This document shows, in pieces, positions 30,884 to 42,182 of a DNA stretch of 64,000 bases. Numbering within the stretch: position 1 is the stretch's first letter; each line of letters begins with the position of its first letter. A program made the translations under genes and the position numbers. The stretch lies in contig JAZSKX010000017.1 of NCBI GenBank assembly GCA_045535075.1, forward strand, positions 1 to 64,000, read 5' to 3'. Under the pieces are notes generated by a model. That model was not told the DNA's origin. It saw only the letters and a list, made by a program, of their open reading frames with translations, and made no database searches. The DNA comes from Candidatus Spyradenecus sp. Lineage in GTDB: Bacteria > Verrucomicrobiota > Verrucomicrobiia > Opitutales > UBA953.

Positions 30884-32065
30884 ATGCCACGAAAAATCAC
30901 AGTCCTCGCCAATAAGCCCGCCGCCGACGCCGGTTCGGGCGCGACGGATTTTGCATTTCTTGAACTTTCGGAAACTCTCAAGCGCCTTCCTGACACGCAA
31001 ATTACGCTTTTCGGGAACGAAACATTCTGCGCTCCCCATTCATTTCAAACCAACCTTCTTGCCGCCTGCCGCCAACTCATGGCAAGCGGCGAAGCAAATG
31101 CGGAAAAAATCATCGCATCCGCCAAAAATTCGGACGCGCTCCTCCTCGGCGATGTCCGCGGACTTTCCACCGTCGAATGGATTCCGGCGCTCACGCTGAG
31201 CCGCTGCCCGACTCCGTGGATTTTCTCCGATTGGCCACGCGAATTTCCCGCCTGCGATCCCGTCCGCGATGCCGCCCGCCATGGCACGCTCCCGCGCCGA
31301 CTCATTGCGTCCGCGTGCCTTAAATTCGCCTACAAAAGCGACCCGACGCGGCGCGACCGCCTCACTCCCGTAACTCAGGCTATTTTCGCAAGCGCGCCAC
31401 TACGGGAACGCAATCGCCAATCGTTCCCGCAACTCGAACACGCCCATGTGATTCCCTTGCCCATCGACACCGGAGTTTTCAAATTTAAACCGACAAATTC
31501 CGCACGCGCCAAAGCTTGGGGCTGGATCGGCGACATCGAAAGCGACTCGGAAGATGCCGCCGTCGCGCTCAAAATTTTTGCCTTCGAGGCCCTCCAAAAT
31601 CCCGAATGCCGCTTTTATATCGCGACGGACATACTCGCTCCGGCAGCACAAAAAATGCTTGCACGCATCCGCGCACATCCAGCACTTGCGCCGCGCGTCA
31701 CGTTCCTGCAACCGCCTCAAAATAATGTTGCGCTCGCGGCAATGCTTCGCGATTTCGGAGTTCTCATCGAGCCGCGTCGTCGAAAAAAAAGCGAGTTCCC
31801 GCAACTCATCAGCGCCGCCCTCGCCTGCGGATGCCTCCCGCTCTGCGGGAAAGACGAGGAAACCGAGCATCTTCTCGAAAACGCGCCCGAAATGCTCTTT
31901 CACGCAGAAGCCCCCAGCTCTGCATTTTTACTCTGCGAAAAAATCAAAGCGATGACGCCGGAAACCCGCACGGAAATGCTTTGCGAGCGCGCACGTAAAA
32001 TTACGGAGAATGCGTCTTCGGAAAACGTTATCCGCCGCCTTCTTGAGGTTCTCGACAAGCCTTAA
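30884..32065 (+). CDS. Divergent GT-B (GT4-like) glycosyltransferase-related protein
   Basis: HVIPLPIDT..F and EFP.....ALACG.LP resemble GT4 motifs, but the second conserved Glu position appears replaced. Confidence 0.55.
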   Translation: MPRKITVLANKPAADAGSGATDFAFLELSETLKRLPDTQITLFGNETFCAPHSFQTNLLAACRQLMASGEANAEKIIASAKNSDALLLGDVRGLSTVEWIPALTLSRCPTPWIFSDWPREFPACDPVRDAARHGTLPRRLIASACLKFAYKSDPTRRDRLTPVTQAIFASAPLRERNRQSFPQLEHAHVIPLPIDTGVFKFKPTNSARAKAWGWIGDIESDSEDAAVALKIFAFEALQNPECRFYIATDILAPAAQKMLARIRAHPALAPRVTFLQPPQNNVALAAMLRDFGVLIEPRRRKKSEFPQLISAALACGCLPLCGKDEETEHLLENAPEMLFHAEAPSSAFLLCEKIKAMTPETRTEMLCERARKITENASSENVIRRLLEVLDKP

Positions 32066-32104
32066 GCTTTAAAAAAACTCGCGGCTGTGCTTTGATTAAG
32101 CGCA

Positions 32105-33361
32105 ATGAAAACGGACTTTCAAAATAAAGCCGCGCGCGTTCCCGCAAAATTTAAGCCGGAACCGTTCGCCTACCATCAGGAACTGGAACTCGAAATCGCG
32201 ACGCTGACCAACCTCGGCGAAGGCGTCGCGCGGCACGACGGCTGGGTCATTTTCGTTCCCGGCGCGCTTCCGGGCGAACGCATTCGCGCGCGCATCTGGC
32301 ACAACGCGAAAAATTTTTCCCGCGCGGATTTGGTCGAAGTTCTCGTTCCCGCAAAGGAACGCGTCGAGCCGCTCTGCCCGCTTTTCGGCACCTGCGGCGG
32401 TTGCCAGTATCAAAATTTTAATTACGAAGGACAACTCGCCTGGAAAACGCAGCAGGTTTCGGATTTGCTCGAACGCCTCGGGAAAATCTCGTTTCCCGTC
32501 AATCCGTGCCGCGGCTCGCCGAAGCAATACGGCTACCGCTCAAAAATCACGCCGCACTTCGAACGTCCGCGCCAAGGCGAAACGAATTTTCCCATCGGCT
32601 TCCTCGCCGCGGGAACGTCGCGCCGCATCGTCGATGTGCCCGCCTGCCCGATCGCGACCGACGCCGTCAACGCCGCGCTTCCGCGCCTGCGCGAGCAAAT
32701 GCGTTCCCGCGCCGCACGCGGAGAATTTCGTCGCGGCGTAACGATGCTCATTCGGGAAACGCTCGAAGGAATCGCGACCGACCACAAAGCGCCCGTTTCC
32801 GAGCGCGTCGGCGATTTGGTTTTAAAATTTGTTGCCGGAGATTTTTTCCAAAATAATCCGTTTATTCTTCCGGAATTTGTCGACTTCGGTGTTCGCGCCG
32901 CGCGCGGGAACGGCGAGTGTAAATATCTTGTGGATACATATTGCGGGAGCGGGCTTTTCGCGCTTTCCGCCGCCAAGTATTTTGAAAAAGTGCTCGGCGT
33001 GGAAGTCAGCGAAGACGCCGTTGTCAAAGCGCGCGAGAACGCAAAATCCAACAGGCTGAGCAACTGCGAATTTACGGCGGGTTCCTCGGAAATTATTTTC
33101 GCGAAAGTACCGTTTTCGCCGGACGAAACCGCGCTCATCATCGACCCTCCGCGCAAAGGCTGCGACGAAGCGTTTATCTCGCAGCTGCTCGCGTTCGCGC
33201 CGCGCCGCGTCGTTTACGTTTCCTGCGGGCCGGACACACAGGCGCGCGACCTGCAGATGATTCTCGCAAGCGGGAAATACGCGCTTGAGGAAGTCCAGCC
33301 CTTCGACTTGTTCCCGCAAACGCGCCACATCGAAAATATCGCCGTTCTTGTGCGAAAATAA
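32105..33361 (+). CDS. TRAM-domain RNA (uracil-C5)-methyltransferase, RlmD/TrmA family
   Basis: TRAM domain, CxxFxxCGGC Fe-S motif, FFQNN, DPPRKG, YVSC and FDLFPQTRHIE motifs. Confidence 0.93.
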   Translation: MKTDFQNKAARVPAKFKPEPFAYHQELELEIATLTNLGEGVARHDGWVIFVPGALPGERIRARIWHNAKNFSRADLVEVLVPAKERVEPLCPLFGTCGGCQYQNFNYEGQLAWKTQQVSDLLERLGKISFPVNPCRGSPKQYGYRSKITPHFERPRQGETNFPIGFLAAGTSRRIVDVPACPIATDAVNAALPRLREQMRSRAARGEFRRGVTMLIRETLEGIATDHKAPVSERVGDLVLKFVAGDFFQNNPFILPEFVDFGVRAARGNGECKYLVDTYCGSGLFALSAAKYFEKVLGVEVSEDAVVKARENAKSNRLSNCEFTAGSSEIIFAKVPFSPDETALIIDPPRKGCDEAFISQLLAFAPRRVVYVSCGPDTQARDLQMILASGKYALEEVQPFDLFPQTRHIENIAVLVRK

Positions 33362-33737
33362 CAAAAATCGTTCCCGCAAAATCAATCACGGGAACACATT
33401 CGAAATAGAAATTAACTCCGACTAAGCCGATTCCTGTACGGCTAACGCCTTACTCATTTTGAAGCGTTAGCGGGAAAATCGGCTTAATCGGAGTTTTCCC
33501 GTCTCGGATTAATTTTTCCGCTTAAACAATAACTCTGCGGCATTGTTAATAATTTCCTCTTGGAAAAAATACATTTGCGGATTTATAAATTCGGAACTCG
33601 CCGTACGAGAAAGCGGCGAATTCGGATTGGGAGATTAAAAGAATCACTATTCGTTGCGGGAACGTGGGTTCCGGCCGGATTTTTGTCGTCTCATTTCCGG
33701 AAGATTTTCTCGGCAAAACAACAAACTTCCTTCTCTT

Positions 33738-36700
33738 ATGAACCACATTCTTTTTACCGGCTCAACATTTCTAATACTCACAACTACGGCCTTTAGCACC
33801 GATTCCGCAAGCGCCGTCCCTCCCGCACAAGCTTCCCAACAGGAAGCGCCGAAGCAAGCACTTCTGTTGGAAAATTCAAGCCGATCCGGGAACACGGTTT
33901 ATTTTCGTTTTTCCGATGCGGTAACTAAGGAAGACTTTGATAAAAGCCTCTCCGTCGAACCGGCGCTCAAAGTCGAAACCACGCAACAATACTCAAGCGG
34001 ATTTAGTGTTCACGCGGACTTTGAGCCGGGCGAAACCTACGCTATCCGCATTGCCCCGTCGCTTGCGGGAACGAAAACAAAATCGCTCGGCCAGGAAGCC
34101 GTTTTTACATTCATCGCGCCGAATCGCAGTACGGAAATCAATTTTCTGACGAACGGCAGACTCTTTCCGCTTTCCGCTCCGGATTTTTCGCTTCCCGTTC
34201 AAGCGTGCAACTCCGAAAAAATCGTTGTTACCGTCCGCCAAGCTTACGCGGATTCCGTCATTCCCTTCCTGTTTACGTCGGGAACCCGCAATTATTCGCA
34301 GGAAATTTTCTCCGGCGAAGCCCGCCCGAAAATGCGACCGAATCAACGCGAACGCTACGCGATTGATTTGGAGAAAATCGGAATTCCCCGAAAACCGGGC
34401 GTTTACGAAATCGAAGCGGAAGCCAAGCACGGGAACATGTATTATACCCCTTGGTCTTCCCGTATCGTCGTTGTCACGGATTTGGCGATTCAGGCGGTTC
34501 GCAACGGCGACGAACTTGCCGTTGCCGTTAAAACGATTTCGGAGAACACTGCCGTTCCCGCAAAAATCAGCATCTATTCCTCTAAAAACAGACTCATTGC
34601 AAAAGCACAATGCGATGCCGAAGGATTTGCCGAAATTGCAATTCCGCCGCTGAGCGACTCGGAGGATTCCGCCTGCTCGATTCTTGCCGAATACGGCGAA
34701 GACAAAAGCGTGCTGAGGCTCGACGACTTGTCTACTCAGCGCCAAAAATACGGATTCGAAAAACACGGCGCGAAAGCCCACGTTTTCCCCGAACGCGGAA
34801 TTTGCCGCCCCGGTGAAGAAATCAGCCTTTTCGCAAATCTGCGCAACGGCGAAGACAAACGGGCACAAGGAAACGTTCCCGCAGAATTCCACATTAAAGA
34901 CCCGAGCGGAAACAGCCTAACGCGAATTCCCGTCGTCGGCGACGAATTCGGTTTTTACAAAACGTCCGTCAAGATCCCAGATTTCGCGGCAACCGGCACA
35001 TACCACGCCGATTTGCGCATCCCCGGGCAGGAAGAAAGCACATTCGGGAGCACGCGCTTCTCCGTCGGCGAATACGTTCCCGACACGCTGGCAGTTTCGC
35101 TCAAAACGCAAAAAGACGGCATAGGCATTCGCGCGCGCGGGAACGCGGCGTATTATTTCGGCATGCCGCTCGACGGCGGGAAAATCCAAGTCAGTCTTTC
35201 TCTGAGCCACACACGCTTTGTCGCCAAAGATGAGGACTTGAAGGATTTTCTCTTCGGATTGCCCGGGAAGGAATTCGCCGACGGCATTTCGAAATCGGAT
35301 AAAAATCTCGTCTCCGATGCCCAAGGCAATTTTGAAACGTTTTTCGAGCTTCCGAGCTCCGTAAGCTACGCCGCCCCGATTCTTGCGAACGTAACCGCAA
35401 GCGCGGCATCAAGCGCCGGCGGGCGCAATGTCTCCGCAGGCGATTCGACGGAAATTCACACGGAAAAATTTTATCTCGGCACCCGAGAAAAATCGGTCGG
35501 CGAGAAGGAACGTGTTTTTGAAATCCGTACCGTCGCACCGGATTCTTCCAATATCTCCCTCGCGGGAACGCGGCTCAAAGCAACGCTCACCAGAAGCGAA
35601 TGGAATTACGTCGTGAGGGAAACCAACGGGCGCACAAGCTATAATTGGCAGGAAGAACACGTTCCCGTCGGAGAATTCGAGTTCGACGCCTCCGCGGAAA
35701 CCATCCGCGTTCCCGTGCCGAACGGCGGCAACTACACGCTGACGATTGCGCTCGCCGACGGAGAAAAAAACATTCTCCACAAGCGCGAATTTTGGCATTA
35801 CTACGGCGAAACGGGAAGCCGCTCCCGCAATACCGCACAGCTTTCTTTCCGGCTCGACAACAAAAAATACCTTCCCGGCGAAACCGCAAAAATTGCCTTC
35901 GATTCTCCGTTTTCCGGAAAGGCGGTTTTACTCATCGGTGAGAGCAGAATCGAAACGATGCAAGCGCTCGATGTTCGTGTCGGCGAAAACGTTTTCGAGA
36001 TTCCGATTCCCGCGGGAACGAACTCCGGAAGCCGGTTTTTCTCGGTAACGGCAAGCGGAAAAACGGAAGCCGGATCTCCGGACCTCATTCAACGCACCTT
36101 CGGAGTCGGTGTAATTCCCGTGAATCAGGACGCCCGGAAAATTTTTGTAAAAACCGATCTTCCCGGCATCATTCGCCCCGGCGAGAAAGCAAAAATTCGC
36201 GTCTCGCTTTCGGATGCCACGGGAAAACCCGTTGCCGGTAAAATCCAACTCTGGGCAGTTGATCGCGGCGTACTTGCACTAAGCGGATTCAAAACGCCGA
36301 ATACGTTTTCGTATTTTTTCGGTACATACGATTGCCCGTACGAATTCGGCGACAATTACACAAATTTCTACCCCTTACTTTCGCTCGACAAAAGACTCTT
36401 CGGCGGCGGAGCGGGAACGAATCGAAGCAAATTCCTCGACGCGACAGATCAATCCGAAAAAAGCGCGGTCGTTGTCCTCGAGACACTAAACGTTCCCGCA
36501 AGCGGCGAAGCAACGGCGGAGATTACACCGCCGGATTTTGACGGCGGGATGCGCCTCATGGCATTTGCGCTCAACGAAGAAAAAGTCGGCTCGGGAGAAA
36601 TCGATTTCATCGTTCGCGAACCGGTTTCGATACAACTTACCGCCCCGCGCGCCATCGCGCCGGGCGATGAATTCGAGCTCGTTGCCGAAATTTTCAACAC

Positions 36701-38408
36701 CGATTTACCGAAACAAAATTTCTCATGGGAATTAATTTACGACGGGAAACAAGTTGCCTCCGGCGGCGGGATTTCGTTGAACCGGAACGAAAAATACGCA
36801 TTGCGGAAACGCCTGACGGCGGAAAGCGACTGCGCCGCCCAAACCGCCGAATTGCTCGTTCGCGACGAAAGCGGAAATCTCTGCTCCCGCGAAGACGTCT
36901 GCGTTTCCGTACGCTCCCCGTTCCCGCAACGCGACAATGTCGTGATTTCGGAACTCGCGCCGGGAAGCGAAGCTCATTTTGAAAACGCCAATCCGGCAGG
37001 CGAAGTCTCGCTCGGTTCTCCCGCACTCACAATCGCCGGCGCGCTCCAATGGCTTGAGAATTATCCTTACGGATGTCTCGAACAGGTTTCGGCAGCGACG
37101 TTCCCGCTTCTTGCCGCAAGATCCCTCGCGGAAAACGGTGCCATTCCCGCCGCGTTCGCGGAAAGCGCCGCGACAAAAATTCGGGCCGGGCTCGCCCAAA
37201 TCGCAACAATGCGTTGCTACGACGGCGCATACGCGATGTGGCCTGACGGACGCACAGTTTGGGAAGCCGGCTCGCTGTTCGCATGGCACCTTGAATTGGA
37301 AGCCGATGCCTCCGGATTTCCGCTTTCGGAAAAACGGCAAAACGAAATTCGGGGAAACCTCATGCGATTCGCAGATTCCGCTAAAAAGCCGATCGCACAA
37401 CGCGCCTACGCGATCTACCTACTCGCCCTTACCGGAGAGCCCAAAGCGGCTGCTTTTGCAAAGTTGTTTTTATTCGGGAAAAAAGGCGACGACTTCTCAC
37501 GATTCCTCGTCGCAGCCGCGTTAGTAGAATCCGGATATGCTGCAGAAGGAATGAAAAACCTGCTCCCGCTACTTGAAAAAGATTTTTGGTCCGAGGAAAA
37601 ATCTCATTGGGATTCGTGCTTGGATTCTCCCATCCGCCGTGCGGGATTTGCCCTTCACATCCTCTCAAAAATCGCTCCGGACGCTCCCGCGAACAAAATG
37701 ATTGCACATTATCTTTGCAAAAAAATCCGCGACGACGGGCATTGGGGATCGACCCAAAAGAACGCGTGGGCAAGCTTCGGTCTCGCCGCCTATTTCGGGA
37801 AAAGCGCAGCCGGAGCGGAACGCGGAATCCTTAAAATTGACGGAGTCGAAACCGAGCTCAAAGGCTCAATGCGTATTCCCGGCGGAAAGCGCGTCAGCCT
37901 GAAAAATATCGGAGAACGCCCGATTCTTTGCTTTGTGCGTTCCCGCGAAAAAGCAAAATCATTTGAGCCGATCGCAAACGGGTTTGAAATCTCGCGAAGC
38001 TATCTCGATGCGACGGGAACGCCCGTAACGTCATGCAAGACCGGAGATTTACTGACCGTAAAAATTCGCGTCCGCGCAACAGAAACCGTCCCCAGCTCCG
38101 TCATTTGCGACCTGCTCCCCGGCGGACTTGAAATCGAAGACGAAACACTGCTGACGCGTGTTCGCTCAAACAATTCAATTCCGACCCAAGCTGCCGGATT
38201 CTTCGAACTCATGCGGGAACGCCGTTTCGATCGCTTCCTCGCGTTCGGAACCTTTTACCCGGGCGACAACTGGCATGAACTGACTTATCGCGTTCGAGCC
38301 ACGGCGCGCGGAAAATTCGTTATTCCTCCGATTCAAATCGAATCCATGTACGAAGGCGAAAAACGCGCAACATGGATGCCGGAAAATACAATTTTCGAAG
38401 TCCAATAA
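33738..38408 (+). CDS. Bacterial alpha-2-macroglobulin
   Basis: YPYGCLEQ thioester motif, RGI.RPGE, WAVDRGVL.L, STQ.NAW and DLLPGGLEIE; adjacent to pbpC. Confidence 0.95.
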   Translation: MNHILFTGSTFLILTTTAFSTDSASAVPPAQASQQEAPKQALLLENSSRSGNTVYFRFSDAVTKEDFDKSLSVEPALKVETTQQYSSGFSVHADFEPGETYAIRIAPSLAGTKTKSLGQEAVFTFIAPNRSTEINFLTNGRLFPLSAPDFSLPVQACNSEKIVVTVRQAYADSVIPFLFTSGTRNYSQEIFSGEARPKMRPNQRERYAIDLEKIGIPRKPGVYEIEAEAKHGNMYYTPWSSRIVVVTDLAIQAVRNGDELAVAVKTISENTAVPAKISIYSSKNRLIAKAQCDAEGFAEIAIPPLSDSEDSACSILAEYGEDKSVLRLDDLSTQRQKYGFEKHGAKAHVFPERGICRPGEEISLFANLRNGEDKRAQGNVPAEFHIKDPSGNSLTRIPVVGDEFGFYKTSVKIPDFAATGTYHADLRIPGQEESTFGSTRFSVGEYVPDTLAVSLKTQKDGIGIRARGNAAYYFGMPLDGGKIQVSLSLSHTRFVAKDEDLKDFLFGLPGKEFADGISKSDKNLVSDAQGNFETFFELPSSVSYAAPILANVTASAASSAGGRNVSAGDSTEIHTEKFYLGTREKSVGEKERVFEIRTVAPDSSNISLAGTRLKATLTRSEWNYVVRETNGRTSYNWQEEHVPVGEFEFDASAETIRVPVPNGGNYTLTIALADGEKNILHKREFWHYYGETGSRSRNTAQLSFRLDNKKYLPGETAKIAFDSPFSGKAVLLIGESRIETMQALDVRVGENVFEIPIPAGTNSGSRFFSVTASGKTEAGSPDLIQRTFGVGVIPVNQDARKIFVKTDLPGIIRPGEKAKIRVSLSDATGKPVAGKIQLWAVDRGVLALSGFKTPNTFSYFFGTYDCPYEFGDNYTNFYPLLSLDKRLFGGGAGTNRSKFLDATDQSEKSAVVVLETLNVPASGEATAEITPPDFDGGMRLMAFALNEEKVGSGEIDFIVREPVSIQLTAPRAIAPGDEFELVAEIFNTDLPKQNFSWELIYDGKQVASGGGISLNRNEKYALRKRLTAESDCAAQTAELLVRDESGNLCSREDVCVSVRSPFPQRDNVVISELAPGSEAHFENANPAGEVSLGSPALTIAGALQWLENYPYGCLEQVSAATFPLLAARSLAENGAIPAAFAESAATKIRAGLAQIATMRCYDGAYAMWPDGRTVWEAGSLFAWHLELEADASGFPLSEKRQNEIRGNLMRFADSAKKPIAQRAYAIYLLALTGEPKAAAFAKLFLFGKKGDDFSRFLVAAALVESGYAAEGMKNLLPLLEKDFWSEEKSHWDSCLDSPIRRAGFALHILSKIAPDAPANKMIAHYLCKKIRDDGHWGSTQKNAWASFGLAAYFGKSAAGAERGILKIDGVETELKGSMRIPGGKRVSLKNIGERPILCFVRSREKAKSFEPIANGFEISRSYLDATGTPVTSCKTGDLLTVKIRVRATETVPSSVICDLLPGGLEIEDETLLTRVRSNNSIPTQAAGFFELMRERRFDRFLAFGTFYPGDNWHELTYRVRATARGKFVIPPIQIESMYEGEKRATWMPENTIFEVQ

Positions 38409-38415
38409 ATCGAAA

Positions 38416-40572
38416 ATGCATCATCGTTTTTCGATGAGATTTTCCGGGAAATTCCTGCGAAACATCGTAATGCTTGGCGGCATTGCGATGTTTTTTGCAG
38501 GCGCATTTTGGCACTGGGCGTTCCCGCATCTTTTCGTTTTTGATGAAAAACAACTCAACGCGCAAATCCCCGCAACGATTTTTACCGATTCCCGCGAGAA
38601 CGCCGTTCATACCGAAGCCGGAAGCGATTACGCACTACGTTTCCCCGTAAGCTTGGGAGATCTTCCGAAGCATTTAATCGATGTCACGCTTGCCGCTGAG
38701 GACAGGCGCTTCTTCGAACACGACGGCGTGGACTTGTGCGCCGTCGCTCGAGCGGGAGCGCAACTGCTTACAAGCGGGCGTATCATTTCCGGTGCGTCAA
38801 CTGTAACGATGCAATTAGTTGCTCTCGGCGACGAACGACGGGAACGTTCTTTCCTGCGGAAAATTGTTCAAATGGGCAAAGCGCGAAATTTGGAACTGCG
38901 TCGGAGCAAAGAAGAAATTCTCGAAGAATATTTTAACCGACTCCCCTACGGCGGAAAAATTTACGGAATCGAAGCCGCCGCCAACTACTATTTCGGGCGT
39001 TCGGCACGAGAACTCAATCTCGGCGAATCCGTCCTGCTCGCAGGAATTCCGCAACGGCCGAACCGATTCCGCCCCGATCGCTTTCCCGAAGCCTCTCTTG
39101 CGCGACGGGAACGCGTCCTTCAAATGCTCATCAATCAAGGCATTTTCACAAAAGAAAAAGCGGACGCTATTCGACACGAGCCGCTGAGATTTCGGGATTT
39201 TGAACAGCCCGCGTTCCCGCGCGCCGAAGATCCGCAATTTTTTCTTTGGGCGAGAAGTAAACATCCCGAAATCCGAGGAAAATTCACGACAACCCTGGAT
39301 ATGACAACACAGAAAATTGTCAAATCGGTTGTTGCAGCTCAATTAAGGGAACTTTTTTCCGTCCGCGACGGAGCCGTAATTGTTATTGAAAACAAATTAC
39401 ATGCCATCCGTGCATTTCTGGGAACAACGGATTTTTATAATCCGCGGGACGGACAAGTTAATGCCGCGACTTCCCGGCGATCACCGGGTTCTTTGCTCAA
39501 GCCGTTTATCTTCGGCGAGGCTGTCAACGGCGGACTGATTGTTTCGGAAACACTCATGGACGACTCGCCGATTTCCGTCGGAGAATATCGCCCGGAAAAT
39601 TTTTCGGGAAAATTTCTCGGAAAAGTTCCGGCAGAAATCGCATTGTCAAAATCTCTGAACGTTCCCGCAGTGCGCTTACTCGAAGAACTCGGTGTCGAGC
39701 GCAACATCGAAATGCTTAAACAGTTCGGAATTCATTTTTCCGAAGGCAAAACTGCCGAAAGCATCGGACTTTCGTTGGCGCTCGGCGGTGCGGAAACAAC
39801 GCTTCTCCAACTTGCCGAAGCCTACTCTGCGCTTGCAAACGATAGCGTTCCCGCAAAGCTTCAATGCCTAAAAAAAGAGAATCCGCCGGAAAGCGAAAAA
39901 GCGATTTGGAATCCGGGAAGCGCCGAAATGGTTTTGCAAATGCTTCGCCTGAGCCCGCTTCCGGAAGCGGAAAATTTGGAAGTCGCATGGAAAACGGGAA
40001 CGTCCAACGGTTTGCGCGACGCATGGTGCATCGCCGTTACGCGCGAATGGACGGTTGCCGTCTGGTTCGGGAATAAGGACGGTTCTCCCGCGCCCGAACT
40101 TGTCGGTGCCGAAGTCGCCGCGCCCGTCGCCGGACGAATCATAAACGCACTCTACCGCGGAAAAATTCCTGATAATTCCGGGCGCGGTCTGCATTTCCGC
40201 TCCGCTCTTCTGTGCGCCGAAAGCGGCTTGGCGGCGAGTTCGTTCTGCTCCAAAACGTTCCCGGCAAAAGCAGTCGTAGGCATTCCGCTGAAAACGTGCC
40301 GCCGATGCAAAAGCCTCGCTCCGAAAAGTCTTTTCTTGCAGGAAACTCGAATTGTTCAACCCGTCAGCGGAACTTACCGTCGAGGCTTCAACGGAAAAGC
40401 ACGCTTTATTCTTAAAAGCATTCCCCCAAAATCGCACTGGTATTTAAACAGTAATTACATCGGCTTTCTCAACTCGGGAACGCCCTTGGAAATTCCGCCC
40501 GGGAAACACCGACTCTTCGCGTGGGGAGGCGAGAAATATTCCGCCGCCAAACTCGAAATCGAAGTGAAATAA
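38416..40572 (+). CDS. pbpC: Penicillin-binding protein 1C
   Basis: EDRRFFEHDGVD and SGASTVTMQL transglycosylase motifs; SLLK, SLN and KTGTS transpeptidase motifs. Confidence 0.93.
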   Translation: MHHRFSMRFSGKFLRNIVMLGGIAMFFAGAFWHWAFPHLFVFDEKQLNAQIPATIFTDSRENAVHTEAGSDYALRFPVSLGDLPKHLIDVTLAAEDRRFFEHDGVDLCAVARAGAQLLTSGRIISGASTVTMQLVALGDERRERSFLRKIVQMGKARNLELRRSKEEILEEYFNRLPYGGKIYGIEAAANYYFGRSARELNLGESVLLAGIPQRPNRFRPDRFPEASLARRERVLQMLINQGIFTKEKADAIRHEPLRFRDFEQPAFPRAEDPQFFLWARSKHPEIRGKFTTTLDMTTQKIVKSVVAAQLRELFSVRDGAVIVIENKLHAIRAFLGTTDFYNPRDGQVNAATSRRSPGSLLKPFIFGEAVNGGLIVSETLMDDSPISVGEYRPENFSGKFLGKVPAEIALSKSLNVPAVRLLEELGVERNIEMLKQFGIHFSEGKTAESIGLSLALGGAETTLLQLAEAYSALANDSVPAKLQCLKKENPPESEKAIWNPGSAEMVLQMLRLSPLPEAENLEVAWKTGTSNGLRDAWCIAVTREWTVAVWFGNKDGSPAPELVGAEVAAPVAGRIINALYRGKIPDNSGRGLHFRSALLCAESGLAASSFCSKTFPAKAVVGIPLKTCRRCKSLAPKSLFLQETRIVQPVSGTYRRGFNGKARFILKSIPPKSHWYLNSNYIGFLNSGTPLEIPPGKHRLFAWGGEKYSAAKLEIEVK

Positions 40573-40610
40573 AAAAAAGAGCCGACTCATCTTACGTGAA
40601 TCGGCTCTTT
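40571..40610. terminator. Bidirectional terminator between pbpC and phoU
   Basis: AAAAAAAAGAGCCGA...TCGGCTCTTT between convergent genes. Confidence 0.75.
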
Positions 40611-40629
40611 CGTTCCCTTATAAAAACCT

Positions 40630-41292
40630 TTATCCGGCGTTCCCGTGGCGGACGATGGTGCCGCATTCGAGATAAATGACGTCTTCGCAGATATTGGTTG
40701 CGACGTCGCCGATGCGCTCCAGATTTTTCGAAATCGTCATGCACGAAAGATAATACGCGGCACGGGCGGGGTCGCTCGCAATGTCTGTTTGAATTTGCCT
40801 GATGTTAGCGGCGTGGAGCGCATCCACTTCGTCGTCGCGGCGGATCACGGCGCGCGCGGCGTCGGGATCGCGATACGCAAACGCATCAAGCGCGTCTTTG
40901 AGCATCGCGGTCGCAACGTTTGCCATCTTCGTAAAATCAATGCGCTTTTCCGCGGGAACGCCGCTTTCGGCGACGGATTTTGTGCGCTCTGCGATATTGA
41001 CCGCCATGTCGGCGACGCGCTCAATTTCCGAATTAATTTTCAAAACGGTTACAATCGTGCGCAGATCCGAGGCAACCGGCTGGTAAAGCGCAAGAATTTT
41101 CAAACAATCTTCTTCTATGCGGATTTCCTCGCAATCGATCGCGTAATCGTTTTCCGCGACCTGCGCGGCGAGCGCGGCATCAAAGGTTGCAATCGCCTGC
41201 AAAGCTTTTCCCAAAGCCGCTTCCGCCTCCGTCGCCTGTCGCGCCAAATGCCGCTTCAGCTGTGATATTTCTTGCGTAAAATGTTCTTTCAT
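40630..41292 (-). CDS. phoU: Phosphate signalling protein PhoU
   Basis: QPVASDLR, ERVADMAVNIA and LERIGD.ATNICE motifs. Confidence 0.96.
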   Translation of the reverse strand: MKEHFTQEISQLKRHLARQATEAEAALGKALQAIATFDAALAAQVAENDYAIDCEEIRIEEDCLKILALYQPVASDLRTIVTVLKINSEIERVADMAVNIAERTKSVAESGVPAEKRIDFTKMANVATAMLKDALDAFAYRDPDAARAVIRRDDEVDALHAANIRQIQTDIASDPARAAYYLSCMTISKNLERIGDVATNICEDVIYLECGTIVRHGNAG

Positions 41293-41383
41293 CGTCTAAC
41301 TTTCTCTTTAATTTTTTTACGGACAATCGATAGTTTTGACAGCAAATCCACCTATCACCTATCAGTTATTCCCTATCAACCAT

Positions 41384-42145
41384 CTACCCGAATCGTCCCG
41401 TGATGTATTCTTCGGTCTTCTTACTTTTCGGATTGGAAAACAGAGTTCTCGTATCGGAAAATTCCACGATTTTCCCCTTGTAAAAAAACGCCGTGTCGTC
41501 GCTGACGCGTGCCGCCTGTTGCATGTTGTGCGTAACAATAACAATCGTAAAACGCTCTTTTAATTCGAGAAGCAGCTCTTCAATTTTCAGCGTCGCAACG
41601 GGATCGATGGCGCTCGTCGGCTCGTCCATGAGCAGCACTTCCGGCTCCGCCGCAATTGCACGCGCAATGCAAAGGCGTTGCTGTTGTCCGCCGGAAAGCG
41701 CAAGCCCGCTTGCCGAAAGCTTGTCTTTAACTTCGTCCCAAAGCGACGCGCCGCGCAAGGCGCGCTCAACATCGTCCTCAATTTCGCTTCGCGTCTTTTT
41801 AAAATGCAGTCGCAAAGGATAGGCGACATTGTCGAAAACGGACATCGGGAACGGCGTCGGCTTTTGAAAAATCATTCCGACCTTGCGGCGCAACTCCAAG
41901 ACATCGACGCTTTTATCGAGAATATTTACGCCGTCGAGCAGAATTTCGCCCTCGCAACGCTGTTCCCGGTAAAGCTCGAAAATCCGGTTGTAAGTCCGCA
42001 AGTGCGTGGATTTCCCGCAACCGGACGGACCGATGACCGCAGTGATGCGGTTCGCTCCGATATCCAAACTGTTTTCAAAAAGCGCCTGATGATTTCCGTA
42101 GAAAAAATTCAGATTCTTTGCGGAGATTTTCGGTATCGTATTCAT
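41384..42145 (-). CDS. pstB: Phosphate ABC transporter ATPase
   Basis: [32 protein letters not shown] and YITGRFG motifs. Confidence 0.98.
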   Translation of the reverse strand: MNTIPKISAKNLNFFYGNHQALFENSLDIGANRITAVIGPSGCGKSTHLRTYNRIFELYREQRCEGEILLDGVNILDKSVDVLELRRKVGMIFQKPTPFPMSVFDNVAYPLRLHFKKTRSEIEDDVERALRGASLWDEVKDKLSASGLALSGGQQQRLCIARAIAAEPEVLLMDEPTSAIDPVATLKIEELLLELKERFTIVIVTHNMQQAARVSDDTAFFYKGKIVEFSDTRTLFSNPKSKKTEEYITGRFG

Positions 42146-42182
42146 TTTATCATTACAATTTTTTTGTTTTCTGAATTTTAAT

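Noticed and set aside
33738..40572. Alpha-2-macroglobulin next to pbpC as a novel system
   Set aside because: This is a well-known conserved gene pair.
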